Below, piece by piece: positions 1 through 8,472 of a stretch of 27,797 nt of DNA. The notes beneath the pieces are model-generated. The model made no database searches. It saw only the letters and a list, made by a program, of their open reading frames with translations, and had not been told where the DNA came from. The stretch covers positions 1 through 27,797 of the forward strand of contig JBHHYO010000036.1 in assembly GCA_046757665.1 (NCBI GenBank), in the 5' to 3' direction. The stretch is from Nitrospinales bacterium (GTDB lineage: Bacteria > Nitrospinota > Nitrospinia > Nitrospinales > JAJDAT01). The translations under genes and the position numbers were made by a program. Position 1 is the first letter of the stretch, and each line of letters starts with the position of its first letter.

Positions 1-41
1 TTCGTGGATGCCATCAGCAAACTCGTCCATTCCCCGGTTAT

Positions 42-401
42 TTAAAAGTTCGGACAAATCCGCATTCTTTTTAATCTCGCCGATTTTTTCCACTCAGCGT
101 CTTTTTTTCTTCCCTTCAATACATATTCTTTTTCTACTACACTGAAAAACCGGATTTCCCAGTCGCCGAATTCCCGGTTATAGGGCTTGCCGAATTGCGC
201 GTTTTGAAAGGACGCTCCCTTTAAAAACACCGCGCCGCTGAAATCCACTTCGCCCAGGAATATCGTGCCCGTGAAGTCGGCGAAACCCGTAAAGATTGCA
301 TTGCGGAAAATTGCGCCTTTTGGGAAAACATCCCCTGCGAAGGAGGTGCCTTCGGGGACTTCCTGATCGCTATAATCTACCGGTTCCCGATGCTCGGCCA
401 T
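42..401 (-). CDS. Pentapeptide-repeat protein, N-terminal part; probably frameshifted and continuing off the left edge
   Basis: Repeated (A/V)xF/xxF units: AIFRNAIFTGFADFTGTIFLGEVDFSGAVFLKGASFQNAQF. ATG at 401 (MAEHREP) preferred over 491. A shifted frame stays open to base 1 after the T6 run at 84-89. Confidence 0.65.
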   Translation of the reverse strand: MAEHREPVDYSDQEVPEGTSFAGDVFPKGAIFRNAIFTGFADFTGTIFLGEVDFSGAVFLKGASFQNAQFGKPYNREFGDWEIRFFSVVEKEYVLKGRKKDAEWKKSARLKRMRICPNF

Positions 402-426
402 GGTTCTCGAGTGATGGGGGTTGATG

Positions 427-480
427 GGCGCGTCCATGGTAACACGGGACGCGCCGTAACGGGCGCGAATTTTTCGCGCC
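427..480. repeat. Two adjacent GC-rich palindromes, REP-like
   Basis: GGCGCGTCC(427-435)/GGACGCGCC(447-455) and GGCGCGAA(462-469)/TTCGCGCC(473-480). Confidence 0.55.
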
Positions 481-529
481 GCGGCGCGCATGTCGGCGGA
501 GACCTTCGCATAAGCGCACTTGTTCGATT

Positions 530-598
530 GTCATTGCGAGGCGATAGCCGAAGCAATCCAGAAAGGAGCCATTCCCACCGGGCGTGGCTCACGATGAC
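530..598. repeat. Degenerate GTCATTGCGAG-type palindromic intergenic element
   Basis: GTCATTGCGAG(530-540)...GAAGCAATCC...CTCACGATGAC(588-598). The termini pair, and the pattern resembles the widespread GTCATTGCGAG...CTCGCAATGAC repeat. Confidence 0.55.
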
Positions 599-619
599 AT
601 GGGATGATTGGGACGATTT

Positions 620-649
620 TTGATTGCTTTCGGTAAAATATGCTATACT
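620..649 (+). promoter_or_regulatory. Candidate sigma70 promoter for the response regulator-valS region
   Basis: TTGATT(620-625), 18-nt spacer, TATACT(644-649), with extended -10 TG at 641-642. Confidence 0.5.
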
Positions 650-757
650 TCAAATTGGCATGGATAATGATTACCTCTCCGAAAGAGGGGCCGGACGCGA
701 ATTTGATGAAGGCCCGCGCTCCACACCCTTACCCCCTCCTCGATTAAGGTGTTTCCC

Positions 758-2527
758 ATGAAGTCGAAGCTACTGATCGTTGACGACAGCGCCACTATCC
801 TGAAAATCGTGACCATGGCTTTCGAAAAAGAGGATATCGAGGTGCAGGGAGCCGCCGGCGGCAAGGAAGCATGGGAAAAAATGCCCGACTTTCAGCCGGA
901 TATCGTGGTGGCGGATACGAACATGCCCGGCATGTCCGGTTTCGATCTCAGCAAAAAAATCAAGGGCTCCGACAAATTCAAGTCCGTCCTCGTCCTCCTG
1001 CTGACAAGCGACTTCGAGGGACTGGACGAGAAACTTTTTAAGGAGAGCCGGGCGGACGATCACATCGCCAAGCCGTTTAAGTCGGAAAGCATCGTGAGCA
1101 AGGTCAAGGGATTGCTGGAGCGCGGCTCCGAACAGGCCGCCGAGGAACCCGCCGCCATCGAGCTGTCGATGGAGGATGCGGCTGACGAGCCCACGCCGAT
1201 CAAGCTTTCCACCGACGACATGGTGGAAACGCCGGAACCCGTCGAGTTGCCGATGGAGGACGCGGCTCAGGACGCTCCGAAAATCGAGATGGAATCCCCG
1301 GCGGAAGAAAGTTTCGACGACATGGTTGGCGACATCATTCAGGAAAGCGTTCTGCCGGAGGAGCTTCCCGATGAAACCGCGGCAAGCGAGCCGGCCGAAC
1401 AGGCGGAGTCTTCCGGGCCGGTTGAGGAAATGAGTGTGGAGGAAATGCTGGCGTCGGCGGAAGAGATGTTTCTTGCGGAGGAGGACGAAAACGAGAGCGG
1501 CGAGGAGGAAGAGGCTGTTCCTGGCGAAGCCGAAGAGCCGGCGGGCGATTCCGCGCCGTCTGCCGCGGAGGACGAGGTAAGCGAACAGGAATCCGCCGAG
1601 ATTCTGGAACTGCTGGAGGAGGAAGAGCAGGCCGCGTCGTCTCCGGACGCCGTGGAAGCCGAGGAACCCGAGCCGACCCCTGCCGTTCAAGCCGCCGATG
1701 AAGCGCCAGAGCCAGAGGAGGAGGCGTCGGAGAAAAAAAAGGCCGCGCCCGCGCCTGCCGCCGGCGATATGAGTATCGAGGAGTTGCTCAGTTCCGCCGA
1801 GGAGCTTCTGAAAGACAACTACCTGGAAAAAGCTTCGGCGGTTGCGGCGGAAAAGGAAAGCGATCTTCCCCAGGGCGCTCAGCCGGCGGAAATGCAACTG
1901 GAGGCAAGGGAGCAGGCCGCGCCCTCGGGCTCGGAGGACTCTTCCGAGGAGGAAGACTTGGCCGATGTGGATGCGTCGGATCTGGATTCGGAGGACGAAC
2001 TGGATTCCGTTTTCAATTCCATCCAGAGTTTCGAGGTGGGAGCGGAGCCGGAGGATTCTTTGCCTCCAGGCGCCGTGGCGCCCGCGCAGGGCACCGGCGT
2101 GTCGCATGTTTCCGCCGAGCCGGAATCCGGGGACCTTGCGGAAAAAATGGCTCCGGCCGCCGTTACTTCGGGAGGCATCGAGGGGAAACCCGATCTGATC
2201 CGGGAAACCTTGTCTTATTTGTCGGATTTGTCGTCGGACCGCGCGGAAGCCGGACAATCCCGTGCCGCTCAATCACATGCGGACCAACAAAGGGGAATTT
2301 CCATGAACAAGGAAACAACCGGTGATATGTTTTCCGAGGTTGTGGGAGAACATATCCAGCAAATTCTCGAACGGTCGTTGAAAGACGCCATCGCCAAGGA
2401 AATTTCCGGCTTGTCCCGGACGATCGAACGATCCGTTCGGGAAAGCGTGAAAGAGGTCACCCCGGGCATCGCGCGGGCCATCATTCAGGAAGAAATCGAA
2501 AAAATCAGGAAAATGGAAGAGGCCTGA
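758..2527 (+). CDS. romR: RomR-like response regulator: receiver domain, long acidic disordered linker, helical C-terminal domain
   Basis: Receiver motifs LIVDDS, VVADTNMPG and AKPF. About 390 aa E/A/P/S-rich linker. C-terminus VKEVTPGIARAIIQEEIEKI resembles the RomR C-terminal helix. Immediately upstream of valS, as in Myxococcus. ATG 758 follows AAGGTG. Confidence 0.75.
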   Translation: MKSKLLIVDDSATILKIVTMAFEKEDIEVQGAAGGKEAWEKMPDFQPDIVVADTNMPGMSGFDLSKKIKGSDKFKSVLVLLLTSDFEGLDEKLFKESRADDHIAKPFKSESIVSKVKGLLERGSEQAAEEPAAIELSMEDAADEPTPIKLSTDDMVETPEPVELPMEDAAQDAPKIEMESPAEESFDDMVGDIIQESVLPEELPDETAASEPAEQAESSGPVEEMSVEEMLASAEEMFLAEEDENESGEEEEAVPGEAEEPAGDSAPSAAEDEVSEQESAEILELLEEEEQAASSPDAVEAEEPEPTPAVQAADEAPEPEEEASEKKKAAPAPAAGDMSIEELLSSAEELLKDNYLEKASAVAAEKESDLPQGAQPAEMQLEAREQAAPSGSEDSSEEEDLADVDASDLDSEDELDSVFNSIQSFEVGAEPEDSLPPGAVAPAQGTGVSHVSAEPESGDLAEKMAPAAVTSGGIEGKPDLIRETLSYLSDLSSDRAEAGQSRAAQSHADQQRGISMNKETTGDMFSEVVGEHIQQILERSLKDAIAKEISGLSRTIERSVRESVKEVTPGIARAIIQEEIEKIRKMEEA

Positions 2528-2761
2528 CCCCCCTTCTTCCGCGTTTTTATTGAAGCGGTCCCCCCTCCCGACAGGTTGCTGAAAAAACGTTTTGAGCGGT
2601 ATGGTATTGCACCCTGAACCGGACGGTTGTCACCCTGAGCAGGGGAATCGTTGCCCTATCCCAGGCTTCTTCCACCAGGGGAGGAAGAACCATAAAGTCA
2701 CATTATACATTCCGTTTTTTATGGCGCTCGTCCATGGAGTCGGGGTGTTGGAGATTGATTG

Positions 2762-5401
2762 ATGATCCAGCTGGACAAAACATACGACCCGAAAACCGTT
2801 GAAGCCAAGTGGAACCGGTTTTGGGAGGAAAACGGGTTTGCCCGCGCCGATGAAAACGGTGAGGGAGAGGCGTATTGCATCGTCATCCCGCCGCCGAACA
2901 TCACCGGGTCCCTGCACATCGGCCACGCTTTCAACAACACGTTGCAGGATATTCTCGTCCGCTGGAAACGGATGCTGGGTTTCAACACCCTGTGGCAACC
3001 GGGGACCGACCACGCGGGCATTGCCACGCAGAACGTGGTTGAGCGTCAACTTCATGCCGAGGGAACCGGACGCCATGAACTGGGCCGCGAGGAGTTCGTC
3101 AAGCGGGTCTGGAAATGGAAAGAGGAGTCGGGGGGCAGTATCGCCCGGCAACTGGTGCGGCTGGGCGGCTCCATGGACTGGCGGCGCGACCGGTTCACCA
3201 TGGACGACGGGCTTTCCGCCGCCGTGCGCGAGGTGTTTGTCTCTCTTTATGAGGAAGGGCTCATTTACAAGGGCGATTACATCATCAACTGGTGTCCGAG
3301 ATGCCTCACGGCGCTTTCCGACCTGGAGGTGGAGCATCAGGAAACGCGGGGTCATCTTTATCACATCAAGTATCATTTCAAGGAGGGGCCGGACTTTTTG
3401 ACCATCGCCACGACGCGCCCGGAAACCCTCCTGGGCGACACCGCCGTGGCCGTCAACCCGAAAGACGAGCGTTACGCGGGGCTCCACGGAAAAACCGTGA
3501 TACTGCCCGTACTGGGCCGGGAAATTCCGCTGATTGAGGACGAGCACGTGGACGTTTGTTTCGGCACCGGCGCCTTGAAAGTGACGCCGGCCCACGATCC
3601 GAACGATTTCGAAATCGGCCGCCGCCACGATCTGTCCGTCGTCAATGTCATGAACGAGGACGGCTCCATGAACGAAAACGCCGGCCCTTACCGGGGAAAG
3701 GACCGTTTCGTCTGCCGCAAGGAAATCGTCGAGGAACTCAAGGCGAAGGACCTGCTTGTCAAGGTTGAGGACCTGGCGCACTCGGTGGGCCATTGTTATC
3801 GGTGCCGCACCGTGGTCGAACCCTATCTTTCCAAACAGTGGTTCGTCAAGATCAAGCCGCTGGCCGGGCCGGCCATTGAGGCGGTGAGAAGCGGCCGCAT
3901 CAAGATCGCCCCGCAATTTTGGGAGAACACGTATTTCGAGTGGATGGAAAACATTCGCGACTGGTGCATCTCCCGGCAAATCTGGTGGGGCCATCAGATT
4001 CCGGCCTGGACTTGCTCGCAATGCGATAATCTCATGGTGCGCCGGGAAACGCCTGAACGATGCGAAAAATGCCAAAGCGCCGATTTGGTACGGGAAACCG
4101 ACGTTCTCGACACCTGGTTCAGTTCCGCGCTTTGGCCGTTTTCCACGCTCGGCTGGCCGGAAAAAACCAGGAGCCTGGAGCGTTATTATCCCACGTCGGT
4201 TTTGGTTACGGGATTCGACATTTTATTTTTCTGGGTGGCCCGCATGATCATGATGGGCTTGAAGTTCATGGGAGACGTTCCCTTTCGCCAGGTTTACATT
4301 CACGCCCTGGTGCGCGACGCGGAAGGCCAGAAAATGAGCAAAACCAAGGGCAACGTGATCGACCCGCTGGCCGTGATGGAAAAATACGGCACGGACGCGC
4401 TGCGTTTTACCCTGGCGGCGTTTGCCGCCCAGGGACGCGACATCAAGCTGGCCGAGGACCGTATTGAGGGGTATCGGAATTTTTGCAACAAGCTATGGAA
4501 TGCCTCGCGGTTCGTGTTCATGAACCTGGAGGATTACCGGGGCGGTCACCGGCTGGCCGACGCCGAGCATGACCTGGCGGACCGCTGGATACTCAGCCGG
4601 CTCAACGCGGCTTGCCGGGAAGTCAACCGGAGCCTGGAAGAGTTCAAGTTCAACGAGGCCGCCTCGGCGGTTTACAAATTTATCTGGCGCGAGTTCTGCG
4701 ACTGGTATATCGAACTGTCCAAGCCGCGTTTGCTCGCCGGGGGCGCGGCGCGGCAAGTCACCCAGAACGTGCTGGTGCATGTTCTGGAATCGTGCTTGAA
4801 ACTGCTTCACCCCTTCATGCCGTTCATTACCGAGGAGATTTGGCAAAAACTGCCGGCGGACGGGAGAAGCATCATGACCGCTCCGTTTCCCAAGTATGAC
4901 CCGTCCAGGGAGGACGCCGATGCCGAAAACAGCCTGGGGCTGATCATGGGGGTGATCACCAGCGTACGCAATATCCGCGGCGAGATGAATTTCAACCCCG
5001 GTCTTTTCCTGAGCCTTTTGATAAAGATCAACGATGGGGAAACGGCGGATATCCTCAACCGGTATTCGCGGTACATCAAGGAATTGGCGAAGGTTTCCGA
5101 GCTGGAGGTGGGGGCTTCCGTGGTCAAACCGCGCGTGGCCGCCTCTTCCGTCTTGAACGGTATGGACATCATCGTGCCGCTGGAAGGGACGATGGATTTC
5201 GATATGGAGAGGAAGCGCATTCAAAAAGAGTTGAAAAAAATTGAAAAAGACATATCATTTCTAGGGAAGAAACTTTCCAACCGGAATTTCGTCCAAAAAG
5301 CGCCTCCCGAGATTATTGAAAAAGATAAACAGAAGAAACAAACCCTGACGGAAAAACAAGCCAAGCTTTTATCTCATTTGGCGGTTATCGACCAGGAATA
5401 A
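2762..5401 (+). CDS. valS: Valine--tRNA ligase
   Basis: PPPNITGSLHIGH (HIGH), KMSKT (KMSKS-like), DWCISRQIWWGH, DVLDTWFSS and C-terminal coiled coil. ATG 2762 follows GGAG. Confidence 0.98.
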   Translation: MIQLDKTYDPKTVEAKWNRFWEENGFARADENGEGEAYCIVIPPPNITGSLHIGHAFNNTLQDILVRWKRMLGFNTLWQPGTDHAGIATQNVVERQLHAEGTGRHELGREEFVKRVWKWKEESGGSIARQLVRLGGSMDWRRDRFTMDDGLSAAVREVFVSLYEEGLIYKGDYIINWCPRCLTALSDLEVEHQETRGHLYHIKYHFKEGPDFLTIATTRPETLLGDTAVAVNPKDERYAGLHGKTVILPVLGREIPLIEDEHVDVCFGTGALKVTPAHDPNDFEIGRRHDLSVVNVMNEDGSMNENAGPYRGKDRFVCRKEIVEELKAKDLLVKVEDLAHSVGHCYRCRTVVEPYLSKQWFVKIKPLAGPAIEAVRSGRIKIAPQFWENTYFEWMENIRDWCISRQIWWGHQIPAWTCSQCDNLMVRRETPERCEKCQSADLVRETDVLDTWFSSALWPFSTLGWPEKTRSLERYYPTSVLVTGFDILFFWVARMIMMGLKFMGDVPFRQVYIHALVRDAEGQKMSKTKGNVIDPLAVMEKYGTDALRFTLAAFAAQGRDIKLAEDRIEGYRNFCNKLWNASRFVFMNLEDYRGGHRLADAEHDLADRWILSRLNAACREVNRSLEEFKFNEAASAVYKFIWREFCDWYIELSKPRLLAGGAARQVTQNVLVHVLESCLKLLHPFMPFITEEIWQKLPADGRSIMTAPFPKYDPSREDADAENSLGLIMGVITSVRNIRGEMNFNPGLFLSLLIKINDGETADILNRYSRYIKELAKVSELEVGASVVKPRVAASSVLNGMDIIVPLEGTMDFDMERKRIQKELKKIEKDISFLGKKLSNRNFVQKAPPEIIEKDKQKKQTLTEKQAKLLSHLAVIDQE

Positions 5402-5465
5402 AGGCCGTCATTGCACATGAGCATTTCCATCCTGTCGAAAAGATACTGATAATCGGTTTGACCTT

Positions 5466-7289
5466 ATGGCAACTTTAACCAAGACCGGACCCCTTCCGCG
5501 GGCGGAAATAGAGGAGGAAGCCCGGTGGGACCTGAACGGCCTGTACGCCTCGGACCAGAAGTGGCGGGCCGATTTCGAGGCGCTGGAAGCCGAGGCGGCG
5601 AATTATGAGAAATTCAAGGGAACGCTTTCCCGCTCCCCGGCTTGCCTGAAAGCTTTCCTGGAATTCGATACCGGCGTTTCCCGCAAACTGGATGCTTTGC
5701 ACACTTACGCGCACCTCAAAAACGACGAAGACAAGACCGATGATTTTTACCAGGGCAATTTCGACCGGATCATGAACCTGGCGACGCGGATTACCGAGGG
5801 ACGGAGTTTCTTTGCCTCCGAACTCATGGCCATTCCCGAGGAGCGGATGGATGCGTTTCTCGAATCCGGCGACCTGGAATTTTTCAGGTTCCACCTGGAG
5901 CAGATCCTGCGTTTCCGCAAGCATACGCTTTCGGAGAAGGAAGAAGCGCTGCTTGCTTCATCCCAGGAGATAGCCCGGGCGCCCCAGGAAGGTTTCGGGA
6001 TGCTGGACACCGCCGATTTGAAGCTGGGAACCATAACGGGTGAATCCGGAGAGATCATTCAACTGACGCACGGCAATTTCCAGACGTTATTGCAGGATCA
6101 AAACCGCCGGATTCGCCGGGAGGCGGCCGAAACCTATTACGCGGAATACCGGGACCATCAGCACACTTACGCATCCCTGCTGGCGAGCAGTGTGAAAAAG
6201 GATATTTTTTACGCCCGCGCCAGGAATTACCCCTCGGCCCGGGAAAAAGCCCTGTTTGCCGAATGTATTTCCCCGGAGGTTTACGATAACCTGATAACGA
6301 CCGTGCGCGAAAACCTGCAACCTCTCTATAAGTACTTTTCGCTGAGGAAGCGGATACTTGGGGTGGATGAGTCGCATTTTTATGATTGCACGGTTCCTCT
6401 GGTGAAAAATGTCCGGTGGCAACTCAGTTATGCGGAAGCGGTGGAGAAGATTTCAGCCGCATTACACCCCCTGGGCGAGGAGTACATCGCCGTTTTGAGG
6501 AAGGGACTGCTTGCCGACCGGTGGGTGGACCGTTACGAAAACAAAAACAAACGGAGCGGCGCGTATTCGTCCGGCTGTTATGATTCGCCTCCTTATATCC
6601 TTATGAATTACCGCGAGGAGGACATCAACGGCATTTATACCCTGGCGCATGAAGCCGGACATTCCATGCATTCGTTTTACAGCCGCAAGACCCAGCCGTA
6701 CCTGTATTCGGATTACACCATATTCGTCGCCGAAGTGGCTTCGACTTTTAACGAGGCGTTGCTGACGCGCTATCTCCTTGGACAGAATATCGACAAGGAA
6801 ATGAAAATTTATCTGGTGTGCCGCGAAATCGACAATTTCCGTGGAACGTTATACCGTCAAACCATGTTCGCCGAATTCGAGCGCCGCATCCATGAGTTGG
6901 CGGAACGGGGCGGGCCGCTGACGCTGGAAACGTTCCGTTCGATCTACAAAGACCTTCTGGAATGTTATTTCGGTAGCGAGGTGGTTCTGGACGATTATTT
7001 GCTCCTGGAATGTTTTCGCATCCCGCATTTTTATTTCGCTTTTTACGTTTACAAATATGCGACGGGTATTTCCGCCGCTTACAGCCTGGCGGACAGAGTG
7101 GTGAATGGCGGTCGGGACGAACTTCGGAGTTATCTCGATTTCCTGCGGGCGGGCGGCACCCGGTATCCTCTCGAACTGCTGAAAGACGCCGGTGTGGATA
7201 TGACTTCTCCGCAACCCATTTTGCAAGCCATGCAAAAATTTTCATCTCTCGTGGACCAACTGGAATCGTTGACGAACGGATCGATGTGA
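5466..7289 (+). CDS. pepF: Oligoendopeptidase F (peptidase M3B)
   Basis: WDL..LY N-terminus, KRSGAYSSG, TLAHEAGHSMHS zinc motif, FVAEVAS, RIPHFY..FYVYKYATG. Confidence 0.95.
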   Translation: MATLTKTGPLPRAEIEEEARWDLNGLYASDQKWRADFEALEAEAANYEKFKGTLSRSPACLKAFLEFDTGVSRKLDALHTYAHLKNDEDKTDDFYQGNFDRIMNLATRITEGRSFFASELMAIPEERMDAFLESGDLEFFRFHLEQILRFRKHTLSEKEEALLASSQEIARAPQEGFGMLDTADLKLGTITGESGEIIQLTHGNFQTLLQDQNRRIRREAAETYYAEYRDHQHTYASLLASSVKKDIFYARARNYPSAREKALFAECISPEVYDNLITTVRENLQPLYKYFSLRKRILGVDESHFYDCTVPLVKNVRWQLSYAEAVEKISAALHPLGEEYIAVLRKGLLADRWVDRYENKNKRSGAYSSGCYDSPPYILMNYREEDINGIYTLAHEAGHSMHSFYSRKTQPYLYSDYTIFVAEVASTFNEALLTRYLLGQNIDKEMKIYLVCREIDNFRGTLYRQTMFAEFERRIHELAERGGPLTLETFRSIYKDLLECYFGSEVVLDDYLLLECFRIPHFYFAFYVYKYATGISAAYSLADRVVNGGRDELRSYLDFLRAGGTRYPLELLKDAGVDMTSPQPILQAMQKFSSLVDQLESLTNGSM

Positions 7290-7349
7290 CTGTCATTCGT
7301 CTTGGGTCATCTGGTTTGCAAGTAAAACCTGAAAGGAGCGCGTAAGGCT

Positions 7350-7592
7350 ATGAGCGATGAAGAACTCAGACAGGAATTAGAGCGCGTCAAGAAAGAAAAT
7401 GAACGATTGAAGCAAGGAAGCAACAGGGGAATCAGCATGAAAGTCAGCCAAAAAGGGGCTCTTTCGCTTTACGGTCTCGGCCGTTTCCCCGTAACTCTTT
7501 ATAAGCAACAGTGGCTTCGACTCCTGGACGAAACGGAAAATATCCGGTCATTCATCCGGGATCATGACTCGGAATTAAAATCCAAAACTTGA
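7350..7592 (+). CDS. Small conserved hypothetical protein (N-terminal coiled coil plus YGLGRFPVTLY domain)
   Basis: AAGGAG upstream. 80 aa, protein-like, with KVSQKGALSLYGLGRFPVTLYKQQWLRLLD, recalled as a conserved uncharacterised family motif. Confidence 0.85.
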   Translation: MSDEELRQELERVKKENERLKQGSNRGISMKVSQKGALSLYGLGRFPVTLYKQQWLRLLDETENIRSFIRDHDSELKSKT

Positions 7593-7638
7593 TAAAAGAG
7601 TCGGTCGGATCCGCAACAACAACCTTAGATGAAGGATT

Positions 7639-8403
7639 TTGATCTTGAAAAAATCAGATTACAAACATCGGCCACAAAAGGCTGGAGGTAATGGGGCGAA
7701 TTTCGGGAACCGTCAAAACGGCCGGTTCCACAAGCCCGCGGGAAACCGTTCCAACCGCCCGCCGTCCAAGAGACAGTCGGAAAGGTCGGCGCAGTCCTGG
7801 GTTTCTTCCACCAGCGCCCTGACTTCCCATATTCCCACGGGCGGCAGGCAACAACCGGCGAATTCCCGCAAACAAAGAAGCTCCAATGGCAACGGTCAGT
7901 CGGCCTCGTTCTACAAAGGCCGGGAGACCGGGCACAAGAAGGAAAAACCGCGGTATCCGCAAAAATCGCATAAACCGTCCAATGCCCCTGAAGACCGGCG
8001 GTCGCCTGCTCCAAAACCCGGAGATAGCAAACAGGGAAGCAACGACCTGGTCGCGGGCATCGATCCTTTTGAGCTGTTTTGCGCTTATCATCTGGGAATC
8101 GAACCCAAGAATGTCTATAAACCAGCCAACATCAATCAGGTGGGACAGCGATTTAAAGTTGACCCGGCTACCATCCGCCAAGCCACCAAGAAATATGGAT
8201 TTGATCCGGCTTCCATGCTCGACAAGGATTTCGACCTGGCCTTGGCTCAGCTGGATATTCAGGTGGCTCCCGAAGGAGTGTCCAAGATTGAGTTGGCCAA
8301 GGGAATCTATGAGGAGTTTTTGAACGCTCCGGTGATAAAAAGGGATTGGAACAAGATTCTCAAGGAGGATGAGAAGGAGAATCGCCGGGTTTTCGGCGGT
8401 TAA
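7639..8403 (+). CDS. Hypothetical protein: basic disordered N-terminal half plus small globular, possibly HTH-like, C-terminal domain
   Basis: TTG start after GAAGGA. About 130 aa K/R/N/S/Q/G-rich, then IDPFELFCAYHLGI...NINQVGQRFKVDPATIRQA. Start uncertain. Confidence 0.8.
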   Translation: MILKKSDYKHRPQKAGGNGANFGNRQNGRFHKPAGNRSNRPPSKRQSERSAQSWVSSTSALTSHIPTGGRQQPANSRKQRSSNGNGQSASFYKGRETGHKKEKPRYPQKSHKPSNAPEDRRSPAPKPGDSKQGSNDLVAGIDPFELFCAYHLGIEPKNVYKPANINQVGQRFKVDPATIRQATKKYGFDPASMLDKDFDLALAQLDIQVAPEGVSKIELAKGIYEEFLNAPVIKRDWNKILKEDEKENRRVFGG

Positions 8404-8472
8404 CGGCAGAGGTTACCGCAGAGCCGGGAGTTTTTTTTAAAGCAAAATGTTGTTTTTCTTTTTTACGCTTCG

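Noticed and set aside
770-2272. 500-aa minus-strand ORF
   Set aside because: Antisense shadow of the response regulator, with no protein-like motifs.
2528-2761. T-box riboswitch upstream of valS
   Set aside because: No GGTGGNACCGCG T-box sequence or terminator/antiterminator is visible.
2630-4075. 481-aa minus-strand ORF
   Set aside because: Antisense shadow of valS caused by codon bias.
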